The notes under the pieces were generated by a model that was given only the letters and a program-made list of their open reading frames with translations, was not told where the DNA came from and searched no databases. Below are positions 1 through 12,315 of a stretch of DNA of 64,000 nucleotides, piece by piece. The position numbers and the translations under genes are program-made. The stretch's first letter is position 1; each line of letters begins with the position of its first letter. The stretch is from positions 48,424,001 to 48,488,000 of the forward strand of contig NC_087447.1 of the NCBI RefSeq assembly GCF_036321535.1, given 5' to 3'. This stretch comes from Camelus dromedarius (Eukaryota).

Positions 1-3000
1 AGCCTTGCTGTGAGCCCTCACCCCAGCAGAGCAGAAGTGGGGCACAGCGCCCCACAAGGTATGCCCAGTGCTAGGTCAGGCCTGGCCGTGCTCCCCCCTC
101 GCCACCCCCCCGCCAATGAACCCCTGGGCCTGGCATCAGGACTGAAGTTCTGTTTTTTTCCCCCTAGAGCAGTTCCCTTACATGACAAACAACTGATTCA
201 GGAACTGGAAGCAAAACTTTCCAGAGAGCCGAAAACTGAAGGTAAACAGCCGCCTGGTTCTGGCTGGTGAGGATAGCCCTGCCAACAAATTGCTGCTTCA
301 GAGATGAGTGAGGCTCAGTATAACCGCCTGCCTTGTTCAACTTTCACCTCCTTGGCTGGCTGCCTGGGGCAGCTCCCAGAGTCCTCTTGGAAATCTAGGA
401 CTAGGATTTCCTTGTGCTAAAGAGAACAGCTAACTCAGCAGCCACAACTAGGAGCAGTGGGGAAGTGAGGACAAGACACACAGACCAGGGGCCCAGCCCT
501 GAGAGGCAAATCCTAAATCTGACCACCTAGCCTGGCTGCAGCACGGCTGGGTTCCGTGCTCTGAGCTCAGCCTCCATTCCTGCATTAGGACTCTGGTCAT
601 GTGGTTCTCACTACCTACTTGCTCCCTTGTTCCTCACTAACCCTGAGGCCTCCCTTTCCTTCCTCCAAGAAGCCTTTCCTGACAATCGGCAGATTCCATA
701 GGGCCAGGGTCACCCCCTCGGCCCAGGCCTCAGTCATCTACATAATGAAGAGACCTGATGAGATCAAGACTCCTTAACTTTTTGAACCTACACCCTGCCA
801 GTGAGAGGGCTCAAAAGTCCAGTTTCCTGAGAGGGAAGGGTTAAAGTGACACTCTTGGAACTCCTGGCTCCTCCCAGACTCAGGCAACTCGAGCCTAACA
901 CCTGCTGAGCAGACCTGTGGACCGTTTCCCTTAAGGTGCCTGCCAAACTGCATTCTGGGCCAGGGTGGGCACCAGCCGATTTTGGCTGCTTCCCCTGACT
1001 CCTGTACACTCTTGGCCAGCGAGCTCATTTCCTCCCCAGAGCTCTGTGTGTCCTTAATCAGAAACACTCTGACCCTTGGGTCTCCTCCTGGGGCTCTGCA
1101 GAGGGCTTGGGACTCGGTGGCTAAGAGATGAGGTAGTAAGTCAGGGCTTCTTGCCCCAAGAGGGGCAGCTCAGCTTGGAACACAGGCTGAGATGAGGACA
1201 CCAGGCTCAAGAAGTTCCCTTGGACCCAATGATTTGATCTGGTGATTCTTTGGAGGGCTGGGTTCCTCTACCAGGACTGTGTGTCTCTTAGATGCCCCTG
1301 GGCTTGGGAAAGGGAAACCATGGGAGAGAGAAATTCTTTGGGCTCATGGGAGAAAAGCAGCAGCTTTAAGATCCATTGGCAGGCAGGCCATGAACTTCTG
1401 AGGCTAGGGCTCTATCACCCCGAGGTGGGGGTGGTGTGTCATCCTGAGCCTCTGACTACGGGTCTACACTGGGCACACCGTCAACTGCTACAGCCCCGAG
1501 CTGTGCTCCCCATCCTTCTGGGGCTGCCCTTGGGGGGGGGACGTAACTTCCTGGCTCCCTGCTCCTGGTGCTAAGCTTTTGATGATGTCCCTATTCCTTA
1601 GCATTTCTTTCGTATCAGTCCCCCCAAAATGTAATGGCATAAGAGGGGACATTGTCTCAATAATAATGATGATAAAAGTAACAATAGTTAATATTCATAT
1701 AGTGCTTACTATGTCATGTGCTAAAAACTGTTCTAAGCACTTAACATTTTACTCAGTTTACCCTATACAAGCTCTAGGAGGCAGGTACTACTATGCCATT
1801 TATCACATAAACTGAAGCACAGAAAAGTTAGGTAACTTGCCCCAGGTTACAGCTAGTAAGTGGCAAAGCTGAACTCTGACCTTAGGCTGTCTGGATTCAG
1901 AGGCCATGTGCCCAACCACTACAGAAGACTGCCTGGTAGGAGAGAAGAGGGACATACAGCCACAAACTAAGTCTGTGTTGCCTCCGCAGACCCTGTTCAA
2001 CGCTTCAGAAAGCCAGCAGCAGAGCGAGGGTAAGAAACCAGGTTTGCTGACTCTCAGGTCCCCAGCTGGCCTGGGGCGCCTCAATCCCCATGATGTGTGA
2101 AACGCCGTGGTCTGGCTGAGTGGACCAGGGAATGCCAGGGGAAGAGGGGGGCTGGGTGACTCAGGGTTACAAGGGGACACTCGTACCTGGCCTTGTCTCC
2201 TACATGCACTCCTCATGAACAACAGCACCCGGCCCTAGGCCTGTGTTAACCTGTGGTTCATGAAGTGGGCAGAGCATGGCCTTAAGGCAGGCAGGAAGTC
2301 AAGGCTCAGATGACAGGTTGATTTTTGCTCTTTGCTTCTGATTCCTGATATTCTGATTATTCTGGTCCAGGCCGACCTCTCCTCATCTCCGACTTCCTCT
2401 CTGGTACATTCTGTTTTTACCCCCAAATTCTGTTGATTCTCTGAGAGGTTTCTTTTCTCCAAATCATAGCCTGCAAAGCCTTTCCTTCATCTTTGCTGAA
2501 TTCTACTCCAGTTACTCCACATGGCTGTCTTCCTTTCCCTGTACTCTTTCTCTGTTTTGTTTTACTTAAGTGCTAATATAGGTACCGTCATTTGAGAAAG
2601 TTAGTGGTTTGGTGGCCAGTGCCTCTCAAAGAACTGTGAACGCCCTGAAGACAGGGTCCATGGCACCAGGTCCAGCTCTTTAAGTATAAGAGGTGCTTGG
2701 AAAGAGTTGGTGGAACTTACATTTAAAGCTGACTTCCCTGGGGAACTGTTGAGCTTTTGGGGGAAGGGGCCAGAGCAACTGAGCCAGCACTGACAAGCTC
2801 TCTCCTTTTTCAGGGATGGTTTGCTTGCCCTGGCCCTGAAGCAGGCGAGCTACAATATGGCAGTCCCAGGACAATGGCTGAGAAGAGTCCAGCAGCCTCT
2901 CAAATGGCTCCCCTTCAGGGCCACGGCGTGGCCTTAGGAGGAGGCAGAATAGATGGAATCATCAAGCTGGGTGTTCAGGACAAGGCTCCTGCCCTCCCCT

Positions 3001-3654
3001 GCCTACCTCTCACTTTGAGCTGTTGACTGTGCCTGAAATATTACTGAAAATAGAAGACAGAGGAGAAAATGGAAGCTTCTATCAGACGGGAAACCCCATC
3101 ACCAGATCTAATCCTATTTGCTGTAGCACCAATCTCTGTCTTTCCTGCCTGCCTGCACGCTACAGGTGAGTTTTCTTTTTTCTTTTCAAACGGCTGACAT
3201 CTGCACGTGCGCTCTGGACGCCATGCCCTCTCTGACCCAGGGGCACTATTCTCTTCTCCTTCTGCATCTTTCCCTTCTCCCTTTCTCTACTGGTCACTGT
3301 GCTGGCATACAGAAAGCTGCTGCGTTTCTCATATAAAAACCCAAAACCCAAAAATACTTTCCTTATCTCAGATGCTATTCTACCCACCATCCTATACTTC
3401 TGATCCATATTCACAGCCAAATCTATGGAAGGAGTTGGTGTCTCCATCTTGTCATCATTCAGTCATAAAATTTTAATTATATATGATTTCATTGTGTAAC
3501 ATGCTAAAGAATCTATGTAACATGTAAATTATGAAGCAATAAAAATGAACGTCTGTAAACCCACAACCCAACCTAAGAACTAAAACTTATTAATACTGTT
3601 GAATGGACCTACGTACTCTTCCTCCCCACCCCAGCCCCACCTCCACAACTATGA

Positions 3655-4083
3655 ACACTGTTGTCAAACTGTTGAAAATCAAAGAGAAAATTGTAAAAGC
3701 AGCCAGAGAATAAAGGTCACATTACATTCAGGGCAACAGCAAGAAGAATGATGGCTGCTTCTCATTGGAAACAATGGAAGTCACTAAGTGTGGAATGATA
3801 GTTCTAAAATGCTAAGACAAACAAAATTTAAGTTAGAATCCCATATCTAGTGGAAAAATATCTTTCAAAACTGAAGGCAAACTAAAGATATTTTCAGCCA
3901 GTTGAAGCTGAGAGCATCAGTTCCCAGCAGGTCTGCACTACGTGAAATTCTAAAGGAAGTTCTTAATGCTGATGAGAAATGGTCCCAAACTGAGATTAGG
4001 GTGTGAAGAAGAATGAAAAACAACAGAAATAGTAAGCATGTGGGTAAATACAAAAGACTTTTTTTTTGCCTTAAATTCTTCAA
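3655..4083 (+). mobile_element. Degenerate LINE-1 ORF1-region fragment
   Basis: gtcaaactgttgaaaatcaaagagaaaattgtaaaagcagccagagaa...agaatcccatatctagtggaaaaatatctttcaaaactgaagg resembles old L1 ORF1. Boundaries approximate. Confidence 0.7.
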
Positions 4084-4423
4084 AGTGAGGCCACTTTTAA
4101 GACCTTCAGAGACCCTAAGCTGAGAAGATTATGGTGTCCCTGCCCAAATATAATTCACAAGTAAGTCTAAAATAAAACATAAGTATGAGGAAGGTAAGCA
4201 AATTTCTAACATCCCATGTAACTATTTTAATGCTTTTAAAAAAACTCAATTCTTAGAAAGTTTTTTCTCTTAATTTTTGGTGCTTCTATCTGCTAGTGCC
4301 TTTAACACATACTTGATTTAATTCCCAGGTTACCCAGCAGTTTGGCAGCCAGCCAAGAGCATAAGATGCAGAAAATATGTTGCTACAAATGCATCAAGCA
4401 GTGAGACACGCTCATCACTGGTG

Positions 4424-4517
4424 AGGATGATCAATGTCCCGAGGTTTCCCGGGTTGTGGGACTTCCAGTGCTGAAAATGGGACAGTTCTGGATGAACTAT
4501 GATGACTGGCTACCCTA
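4424..4517. mobile_element. Short hAT DNA-transposon relic (MER81/MER94-like)
   Basis: aggatgatcaatgtccc...cagtgctgaaaatgggacagt...ggctaccct, with degenerate inverted termini. Confidence 0.5.
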
Positions 4518-5589
4518 ACTAGGATCCAGAATGAAGTCTCGAGGAGAGAGGTGGCCCAGAAAGCAGCAAACAATGGAATTTTGCTATGGGCAAGGAAGAA
4601 AAAAGGCTGCAAAGTGTATGAGACTGTTACCTTTTCAAATCTAGACTTACTCCTTAACTGAAGTAAACATTCTTATTTCTCCTCTCCCATCCTTTGTATC
4701 TTATGTGTAACAGATCAAACACAGTAGGTCCCCCTGAAGCTGGCACACCATGAAGGCAGAAACACAAAAGCAGGTCTGGTGGGTAAGAGCTGACAGCTCG
4801 GACACAGTGGCCTACAGACCTCCTTTCTCATGGGGCACGACGCACTGACATTTCACCCACTTGACTGGAAAGGGAAGAGGGAAAGGGAACTAACAGTGTC
4901 TGCTTTTTTCCTCTAGGGCAATTCTTGTCGTGGTCTTATTAGTAAGAATTATATTAGCTGGATGTTACTTAAAAAAACTGAGACTCGGAAAAACCAAACC
5001 AAACCAAAACAGACTCAAAAAGTTCAAGTCACTTGCCCAAACAGATCCAGTATTTCGCTTCATAGATCATAGATGTCTCACTCAAAAGCTTGTGCTTGGT
5101 GCTGGACACAGCCCTGCGACCCTAGCCTAAGTGCTGATGGCTATGTATGGGTCACACAAGGAGAGATGCAGAGTGGAAGAAGATGAGTTGGTGACCATGA
5201 ACCAGAGTAGGAATAAGGCCATGGAAATGCAGAGCTCCTGGGGAGGAACTGGCGCCCTTCCTCCTCTATGACAGGATTTACAGGTTTGACAAAAACTGAG
5301 ATGTGTAGGAACACAGATTGATCCATGTACCAAAGGAATGAGATGCCCTCAAAATGGGGCTGGGAAAGTTGAGGGAGAAGGGAAAAACCAGCAAAAGGAT
5401 CAAACATCTTATAGTTTCTCTTTAGGACAATAACCCCAGGCTCCCAGGAAACTTCTGGACTCACCCCAACTGTCATCAAAGTAGATGCTGGGAAAGCATT
5501 AAGAATGTTTAAATTTTAATTACAAAATGAAACCTATATAAAGGCAAATTGACTAGAAAAATATACTGCAAGCCAAGTGTCATGATTTT

Positions 5590-6130
5590 AAAGTGGTGCA
5601 ATGGAAAGCACAGGGTTTGGACTCACACGTTTTAAGTCACTTACTGGTTGGGAGACTCTGGGCAGGTGACTTAACCTACTTTATGTATCTCAGTTTCTAT
5701 ATAAAATAGAAATTTTAATACCTCATAGGTCTGTATGGGAAGTCTGAGCCTCAGTTTTCTCCTCTATTAAGTAGGGACAGTACCCCTATTATTGGGTTGT
5801 TGGGAGAATTAAATCAGTTTACATGTGTAAAGTACATGTAAGAATAATGTCTAGCACATAGTAAGCTAATATGTTTTGTTTACAGCATGTATTATTCTCT
5901 AATTTTTTTTTTTTTTAAGTTCCATGAGGCAAGGGCTCTTTGTCTCCTCCTCAGTATAAACCAGCCTGCTTGGGTACCAATTCTGGCTCTACCACTTACT
6001 ACTACCTGTGTGAGGCAAGCTACTTAACCTCTTTGTACCTCAGCTTCCTCGTCTTAAGACAGGGATAAGCATGTACTTCACCAGGTTGCTGAGTTAAATG
6101 AGTTAACGTAAAGTGCTCTGAGCAGTGCCA
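5590..6130 (+). mobile_element. Cluster of MIR SINE fragments (representative; many more occur across the window)
   Basis: MIR core motifs such as ttaacctctttgtacctcagcttcctc and cctcagttttctcctctattaa. Boundaries approximate. Confidence 0.7.
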
Positions 6131-6917
6131 GGGGCCTGGCAAACACCACCATGATCATCTTTCAGCTTAAACACTGCCTCCTCAGAGAGACCCTGTTCTT
6201 TCTCAGAGCACCTAGTAGTCATCACAATATGTAAATATTTATTTTTTGTTTACTATATGTACTCTGTTAAGACAGGGAATTTGTCTTATTTACTACTGTA
6301 TGCTTAGGATCTAGCACAACGCTTGACAGAGCATAGGGACTCAATAAACATACAATGAATGATTAGAAAAGTTGGTATCATTTTCTTGCCACCTGCAAGA
6401 TAGGTCAGGGGTTGTGCCAAGGCAGAAAAGAGCTGGGATTTGTACCAAAGCGCTAACCTAATTGCTGATGAATACTTGTGACGTGTTTTGTAAACAACAA
6501 ATAGGTGTAACACTGTATTACTCTCTTCATCCAGACCTTACTCATCTGCCACGGTCTCCCAAGGCTGCATCTCCTGTTCGAAGGCTCCTCCGTTCAAACC
6601 CACCTTTGGTAGTTAGGAGCTCCGACAGGGCTCAGTATGCGTTTCTTAGCTGAGTCCTGTTTTTATGCTTCTGTGCTGTTTCTTCCACCTATCATCTTGG
6701 CTGATGATGCCCTTGCTCTTAACACATTTACTCTTTGTCACTTCCTGAGCTCCTCCAACTGCAGAGCTGAACAGAATGTGTTCAGCACAGCTTGGAGAGT
6801 GACCACTGCTGCTGCCTTTCCAGGCACATGGCTGGGCAGCTTTGCATTCTGTATACACTTTCATGGAAGGGGTGACAACTTTACAGGAGGCAGGCCTTTG
6901 GCTGACTGTCCTCTTAC

Positions 6918-7029
6918 CTGATCTGCTGTGACTGGTGGTGGCAAAGCTGCAGAGAGTGAGAGCATCCGCAGGGAGGCCTCCAACTGCTGGGGAGGTAAGA
7001 AGAAGTTGGGCACCACAATGGGCTCTGGG
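6918..7029 (-). CDS. C2CD3: C2CD3 exon (~32), 112 nt, PEPIVVPNFFLPPQQLEASLRMLSLSAALPPPVTADQ
   Basis: Translated by hand; acceptor ctttatag|C, donor CAG|gtaaga; phase 2/0, continuing the frame of the large exon. Confidence 0.93.
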
Positions 7030-10000
7030 CTATAAAGGCAGTTAAGGAACGCAAATACCTAGAAATTTCCCCCAAGCTAGCATCTCCCCTGATCTCAGTC
7101 ACCCCATTTGTTTTTCCCTCCAACTTATTCCTGCCCATGAATCCTTTGTTCAAGTGGTTCCCTCTGCCTGGGAGGTCCTGCCCACTCCTAACATATCACA
7201 GTCTATACTTTATGGGTCAGTTCAAATCCTGCCTCTTCCTGGAAGCCTTCATCTCATCTTAGACCACAGTAATCCTCCTCCTAGTCTAGAGCACAGTCTG
7301 AAGCACAGACTAATGCTTGATTATTTAGTTAGATATGGTTCTCAATTTCTTTCCCTCCCTAAGCAAAAGGAAGAAACAGTAGTTTCCTTCAGTTACCCCA
7401 TTGCTTCCCTAGAGGCTTGCATGAGGCTGGTAGGCTGCAAACATTGGATGATATTTGCTGAGGACCTGCTGGCCAAAAACTGACAGACAGGGTGGGCGTG
7501 GGAAGGTGGCTCTGGGGCAGTGCCTTAGGCTGGAGGGAGGTGCCTGGCACTGAAGGAGGGCCTGGCTTGGTTGTATTCTGCTCACATCCAGAAACAAGGG
7601 CTCTACATAAGTGGGCATAGCTGGTCCACATCTGGATGTGAGCCCTGGAAAGCAGGTACTGTATTCTGCACTTCTCTGTATCCTCTGGAGGCACCCAGTG
7701 CTATACTGAGAACACGGTGTTCTACAAATATTTGTTCAAAGCACTAATTCAGTTTAGGAGGCAAAGGAGGGGACTATTTTGATGGTTCCCTTTTTTTTTG
7801 TTTCTGCTGAATAAGCTAAGTATGGTTCTGTTCTTCCATGCTAGACTTTGAACTCAAGGAGGGCAGAGATGATCTCTTTTTCATACTAAATTCCTGTCAC
7901 CTACCTGAGACACAATAAGTGTTCAACAAATACTGAATGAATGAATGAAATGCATCATTTCCTGCTTTGGTTCAAATCCCTGATTTTGTTTTTTTTTTAA
8001 CAGAGACACTGGTGTGGAGCTGGAGATCCTTAAGGGAAAGAGCCCTTTGACCCTAGCCTTCTTCAGAGGCCCTGGTGAGGTAGGATCTATTTGCCGTTGC
8101 TCCTTGGGCTGGTGGGAGTACTCCGCTAGTCAGCTGATACTGTGGGGAAGAACAGCTTTGCTGTGGTGTCCAGGGTGTGTCTAAAGAACTGAAGCGCCCC
8201 TTCTCAGCCTAGCACCACCTGCCCTTCTAAGGGTCCTAACTCCAACAGTAATCTCTGTCACTTATTAGATGGCAGCTTCAGGGAAGTTCACTTTTTATGC
8301 CTGTTTCTTCACCTGTAAAATGGATACAATAAGTCTACCTTTTGTTTTGAGGATTAAATGACTTAATATATGCAAAGTGCTTAGAATAGTGCCTGATACA
8401 CAGCATGTACTCAATAAATGTCCACTGTTCCTGTCTCTTCAGTTTAGGTGGGAAAGCTGTCACTGGTTCCTTCACCCACTAAAGTCTTCCTTCCATCCCT
8501 ACCTCTGGTCTGTCCTCCTAATGCTAAAGCCAGCAAATATTTGTCAGTCCACATTCCCCTGGACCTTCTCATGCACTGACCACCACTCCCCGAAACCCTG
8601 CTGCTCCCAGCTCTCTGACCACTCGCCTCTGGCTCCTCTGTTGGGCGCGTCTGCTCCGTCTGTGCTCGTGGCTCCATCTTGTGTGTGCTTCTCCCGTTCC
8701 TGCTCTCCCTGCTGCCCTTACCTGCTTCCAGAGACACCGACATTTATAGCTCATCTCATCCTCCACTCCAGGCCTGCATTTCCTCCTGGATGTCTCACAG
8801 GCACATGTCCAAAATGAAAATCTGCCTCTTCCCTCCAAACTGTCTTTATGTGCTGTTCCCTACCCAGTAAATGACCTAACTTGTGACAGAAATCTCTAAG
8901 TCATACTTTCCATTTCCCTCCTTCTCATCCCCTGACCCTATCCAATCTTCTCAAATCTCTCCTTCTCTTCCTCACCATAAAGCAGTCTATACTTTAGGTC
9001 AGACTTTCTTCATCTTTTATTACTGCTGCAAGTTTCCTACCTGGTCTCCTTGCTTCTGGTCTCCCCAGATCTAATCGACCCTTTATAAGGCACTGTGAGA
9101 ATTTGCTCAGGTAAATCTAACCGAACGTACTCTTGCTTACTAGTTAACATTTACTGAACACTGTTTATGTTCCAGGCACTATGCTAGGTAGTTTACATAG
9201 TTAATTTATTTTTTCACACAACCCCATAAGCAAAGCACCATTATTACTTCCATTTTGAAGATAAGAAAACAAGTTCAATTTGCTAACAGGACAGAGCCCA
9301 AGCACCTTAGCCAGGCATAAAAGGCCCCTTAAGATCCAGCCTTGCCTCCTCTCGCCACCCCACTTATCCCTGGGCTCTAACCGCAGTGACTTCCACCCAC
9401 AGGCCAGGCTCTGTCACCTGGCTGTGCCTCTGCGCACACGATTCCCTCCAACTAGAACTTTCTCTGCTTATGGAGTGCCTATTCATCTCTGAGGTCCAGC
9501 TCTACTGTCTCTTACAGGGATACCTCCAAGCAGAGTTACGGCGGCCTCCTCCTCTTGCTCCCTAGCACTTTGGCCATGTCTCATCGCAAACTTAGGCAAT
9601 GGCCCTTTATTTAATGTTACTGCCATCACCTGTCTCCCACCTCATAATGGGAGCTTCTCGAGGTAAGGTCTGATTCAAATCTCTGTCCTCAGCATGCAGC
9701 AGCACAGGGCCTGGCAATACTCGTTTTCTGAGAGAATGAATAGTTCTTTGGTAAGGCCCAAATTAAAGCAGTACCCTTAGGACCTGGGCACACGTAACTG
9801 CTCCTCCACTGACCATACATTTTGAGCACAATAAATTGACTGTAAAGGCAGCAACGCTAGAAGCCAGAATGAGTGAGGCCAGAAAAGAACTCCACTGAGG
9901 CAGTCTGCTTTTAGTGCTCTGCCTCCTGCCATTTCTCGCCTTAAGCCTCCCCTGAGTCCACAATGCTGACCCTCAGGTTTCTCTGTCTTGCATCAAGAAT

Positions 10001-11055
10001 CACATTTGTGTGGTGTGTACACATGTTCCCGTATAAGTTTCTCAAGAATCCTGTGAAACTGTTACAGTTCAGTTCAGTCTGTATTCACTGATCCCCGTGT
10101 GCAATGTCTGGGGACATAGAGAAGGCAAGGTCCTTGACTTACCTGGGAGCGTATAGTCTGGTGGGTAAGAGATTATTACCTCCATCTCATAGGTGAAGAA
10201 ACAGGCTCAGAAAGGTTAAACTACATGCCTGAAAACACACAAGTAATAAGAGCTGGGTCTAGAAGGGTTAAAGTCAGGCTCTGACTTTTAGTGGACAAAG
10301 ATCTCTATTCAGCAAAGCAATCTGCTTCATCTACCCGTTTGACCAGGTGAGCTGATCTGACTGGCTGATTAGGCTACAGATGCAAGGGCTACTGATGGTC
10401 CTAAGTGGCTTCCTTTCCCACTACATGCCCATCAGCATTTCAGAGGGGGAATGTCAGATGTCCCACTCCTCACCAACACTGTCATACTGGGAGGGTGGGG
10501 CTTTGGCAAGTCTGTTACAACAGTGCCCACTTCCCCTCCTCTTGGCTCCATCACTTGCCTTTATTAAAAAAAAAAATTAATTATTAGGTAATTCACTATT
10601 ACTAAGTCTCAGTTTCCTTACATGCAAAATAGAAATGATACCATTAAAGATTTGGGGTGACTGAATGAAAAATATATGTCAAGTGCTTGGTGCATGGTAA
10701 ATGCTCAGTCAGTGGTAGTAGTCTTTCCCTTCCTCTTCCTCTCCACTGAATTTCAACTGAGATGAATGGTCTCCTTTCTTAGATCCAGAGCCTTGCCTTC
10801 AGGTATAAAATACCCAATAGATTACAGATAAATCAGGGTAGGCTAGGCTAGTGAATGTGCTACCAACACCTAAACCCATCTCAAAGCATTATGCTCCAGA
10901 GGCCTGGCCGTAAGAGTGCAGGCGAGTCTTCTGCAGGAGGTGCAAGCTCCTCAGTGCACTCCATGAGGTGGCCACTGCTCACACAGCTGGCCTAAGCATC
11001 GGCATCCAAATGCCTACAGATGGCTTAAGGGGCTACCTGAAACACCAAAGGATAC
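7030..11055 (-). other. C2CD3: U12-type (minor spliceosome) GT-AG intron, 4026 nt
   Basis: 5' splice site GTATCCTTT (11055-11047). Branch point TTCCTTAAC (7049-7041) ends 9 nt before the terminal AG (7031-7030), with no long pyrimidine tract. Confidence 0.93.
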
Positions 11056-11977
11056 AGAAGGAGGCTTTGCCTTGTGGACACCTCTGACCCAGATGTCGTC
11101 TGCTTCTGCCTGCTATCAGGGCAGTTTATGGGTGGCTCCTTATGGTTTTCTCTTCTGTTCTGAGAGGCTAGGCGTAGAGGGAATTTCTCACAGCTATCGG
11201 CAGAGTCACTTAGCTCCTCGGAGGCAGCTTCATTCTCAGCCTCGGCCTCTGGCTTGGGCTCCTGGTCCTGGTCTGCCTTTGGTGACCTCCTCCCAACACT
11301 GGTGCTGCTGTATTGGGCTCCTGAGAGTGTCTCATGTGAGCTAAGTGGACGATCTGCTGAGGCAGGCTCTCCAACCCTGGTCTTACAGGCCTCACCCTCA
11401 CAAGGAACAAGACTTTGGGCAGGAGAACCCTGCCTAGGCAGGTGGGGGTTGACAGCCCTTTCTGGGCTGGACAGAAAGCTCCTTCTGACCCTGAGCTCTT
11501 CTCTAGGGAGAGGCTCTGAAGGATAAGAGGGGGCTTCCCTCTGCACCTCATCAGGCTGAGGGCTAATGATCTCACTTGTGTCTGACATGAAACTGGACCA
11601 AGGGCTAGTTTTGTCTGTCACAGTGGTGATCTCATTGAGGGTCCTGGGCTCAATGATGTCTTCTTCATAGTCCTCATCACTGCAGGCCAGGCCTACCTCA
11701 GTGTCTTCACTGCTCCGCATTCTGGCGACAGGTACTGTGTGTCCTAGGGACTCCTGAAGCATTCCTCTTCCATTTGAAGTCTCTTCAAGAGTATGAGGAG
11801 GTGGAGAGTCTGTGCCCTCATCTGCAGTTCTTGCCAATGGCCAGTCTGGAGCTGCGCTTCCTTCTTGCATGGCCACTGTGTCCTGAGCGTCTGGGAGGGG
11901 GGTGACTTCTCTGCTTCTACTCCTGGCTTGGTGAGAACTCAAAGATCTTTGGGAATTCCTGGTGATAGTCTGCAGAT
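11056..11977 (-). CDS. C2CD3: C2CD3 large exon (~31), 922 nt, (D)LQTITRNSQ...EVSTRQSLL(L); Ser/Pro/Glu-rich C-terminal region
   Basis: ORF 11025..12020; acceptor tgttactgttcag|AT, donor CT|gtatccttt (U12 type); phase 1/2. Confidence 0.95.
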
Positions 11978-12158
11978 CTGAACAGTAACAGATATCACTC
12001 TTACTACAAGGTAGGGCCACAGACCACTCAACTTCCCTACACTAGCTTCTAGTTTCAGATGTAGTATTGCAATCAGACTTTGAACAAACCTTAAAGATAA
12101 TAGTTAATCCACCCAAGAGTCAGTGAAACTATATTCAAGGCAGTACAATTTCTAGTGC

Positions 12159-12164
12159 TTTATT
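12159..12164 (-). terminator. Polyadenylation signal AATAAA for the alternative terminal exon
   Basis: Plus-strand tttatt at 12159-12164, between the alternative exon stop (12305) and the next exon acceptor (11977). Confidence 0.6.
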
Positions 12165-12304
12165 CTAATATCAGAGGACCAAAATCTAATCTAATTTATA
12201 GTTGTGGTTACATCTGTGTGTTTGCTTTCAGAGACTATCTGCTTATGCTCAGGAATTCTTGGGAGCTGGGAGTCCTGGTGGGCATGTTCATGCTTCCATT
12301 TACT

Positions 12305-12315
12305 TCAGTATTTAC
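12305..12315 (-). CDS. C2CD3: Coding part of an alternative terminal exon of a short C2CD3 isoform (...SLIT-G-K-Y-stop)
   Basis: Acceptor attcttattttggtttttaatatag|GT AAA TAC TGA is in phase with the 14072 donor. AATAAA follows about 140 nt after the stop. It resembles the human short isoform ending I recall as ...SLITGSY (unverified). Confidence 0.7.

Noticed and set aside
6542..6758. Exon-like segment (ctctgcag|TTG ... TGA|gtaagg) after exon ~32
   Set aside because: Stops after LEELRK in the incoming frame, donor context is weak, and there is no recognisable homology.
1..6917. Final C2CD3 exon or UCP3 exon 1
   Set aside because: I found no segment matching the expected C-terminal peptide or UCP3; both are probably beyond the window's left edge.
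8377..8870. Overlapping 60-146 aa ORFs (similarly 32927-33358, 46999-47442, 50372-50830)
   Set aside because: They overlap MIR/L2/L1 relics or lie antisense to real exons; no splice or homology support.
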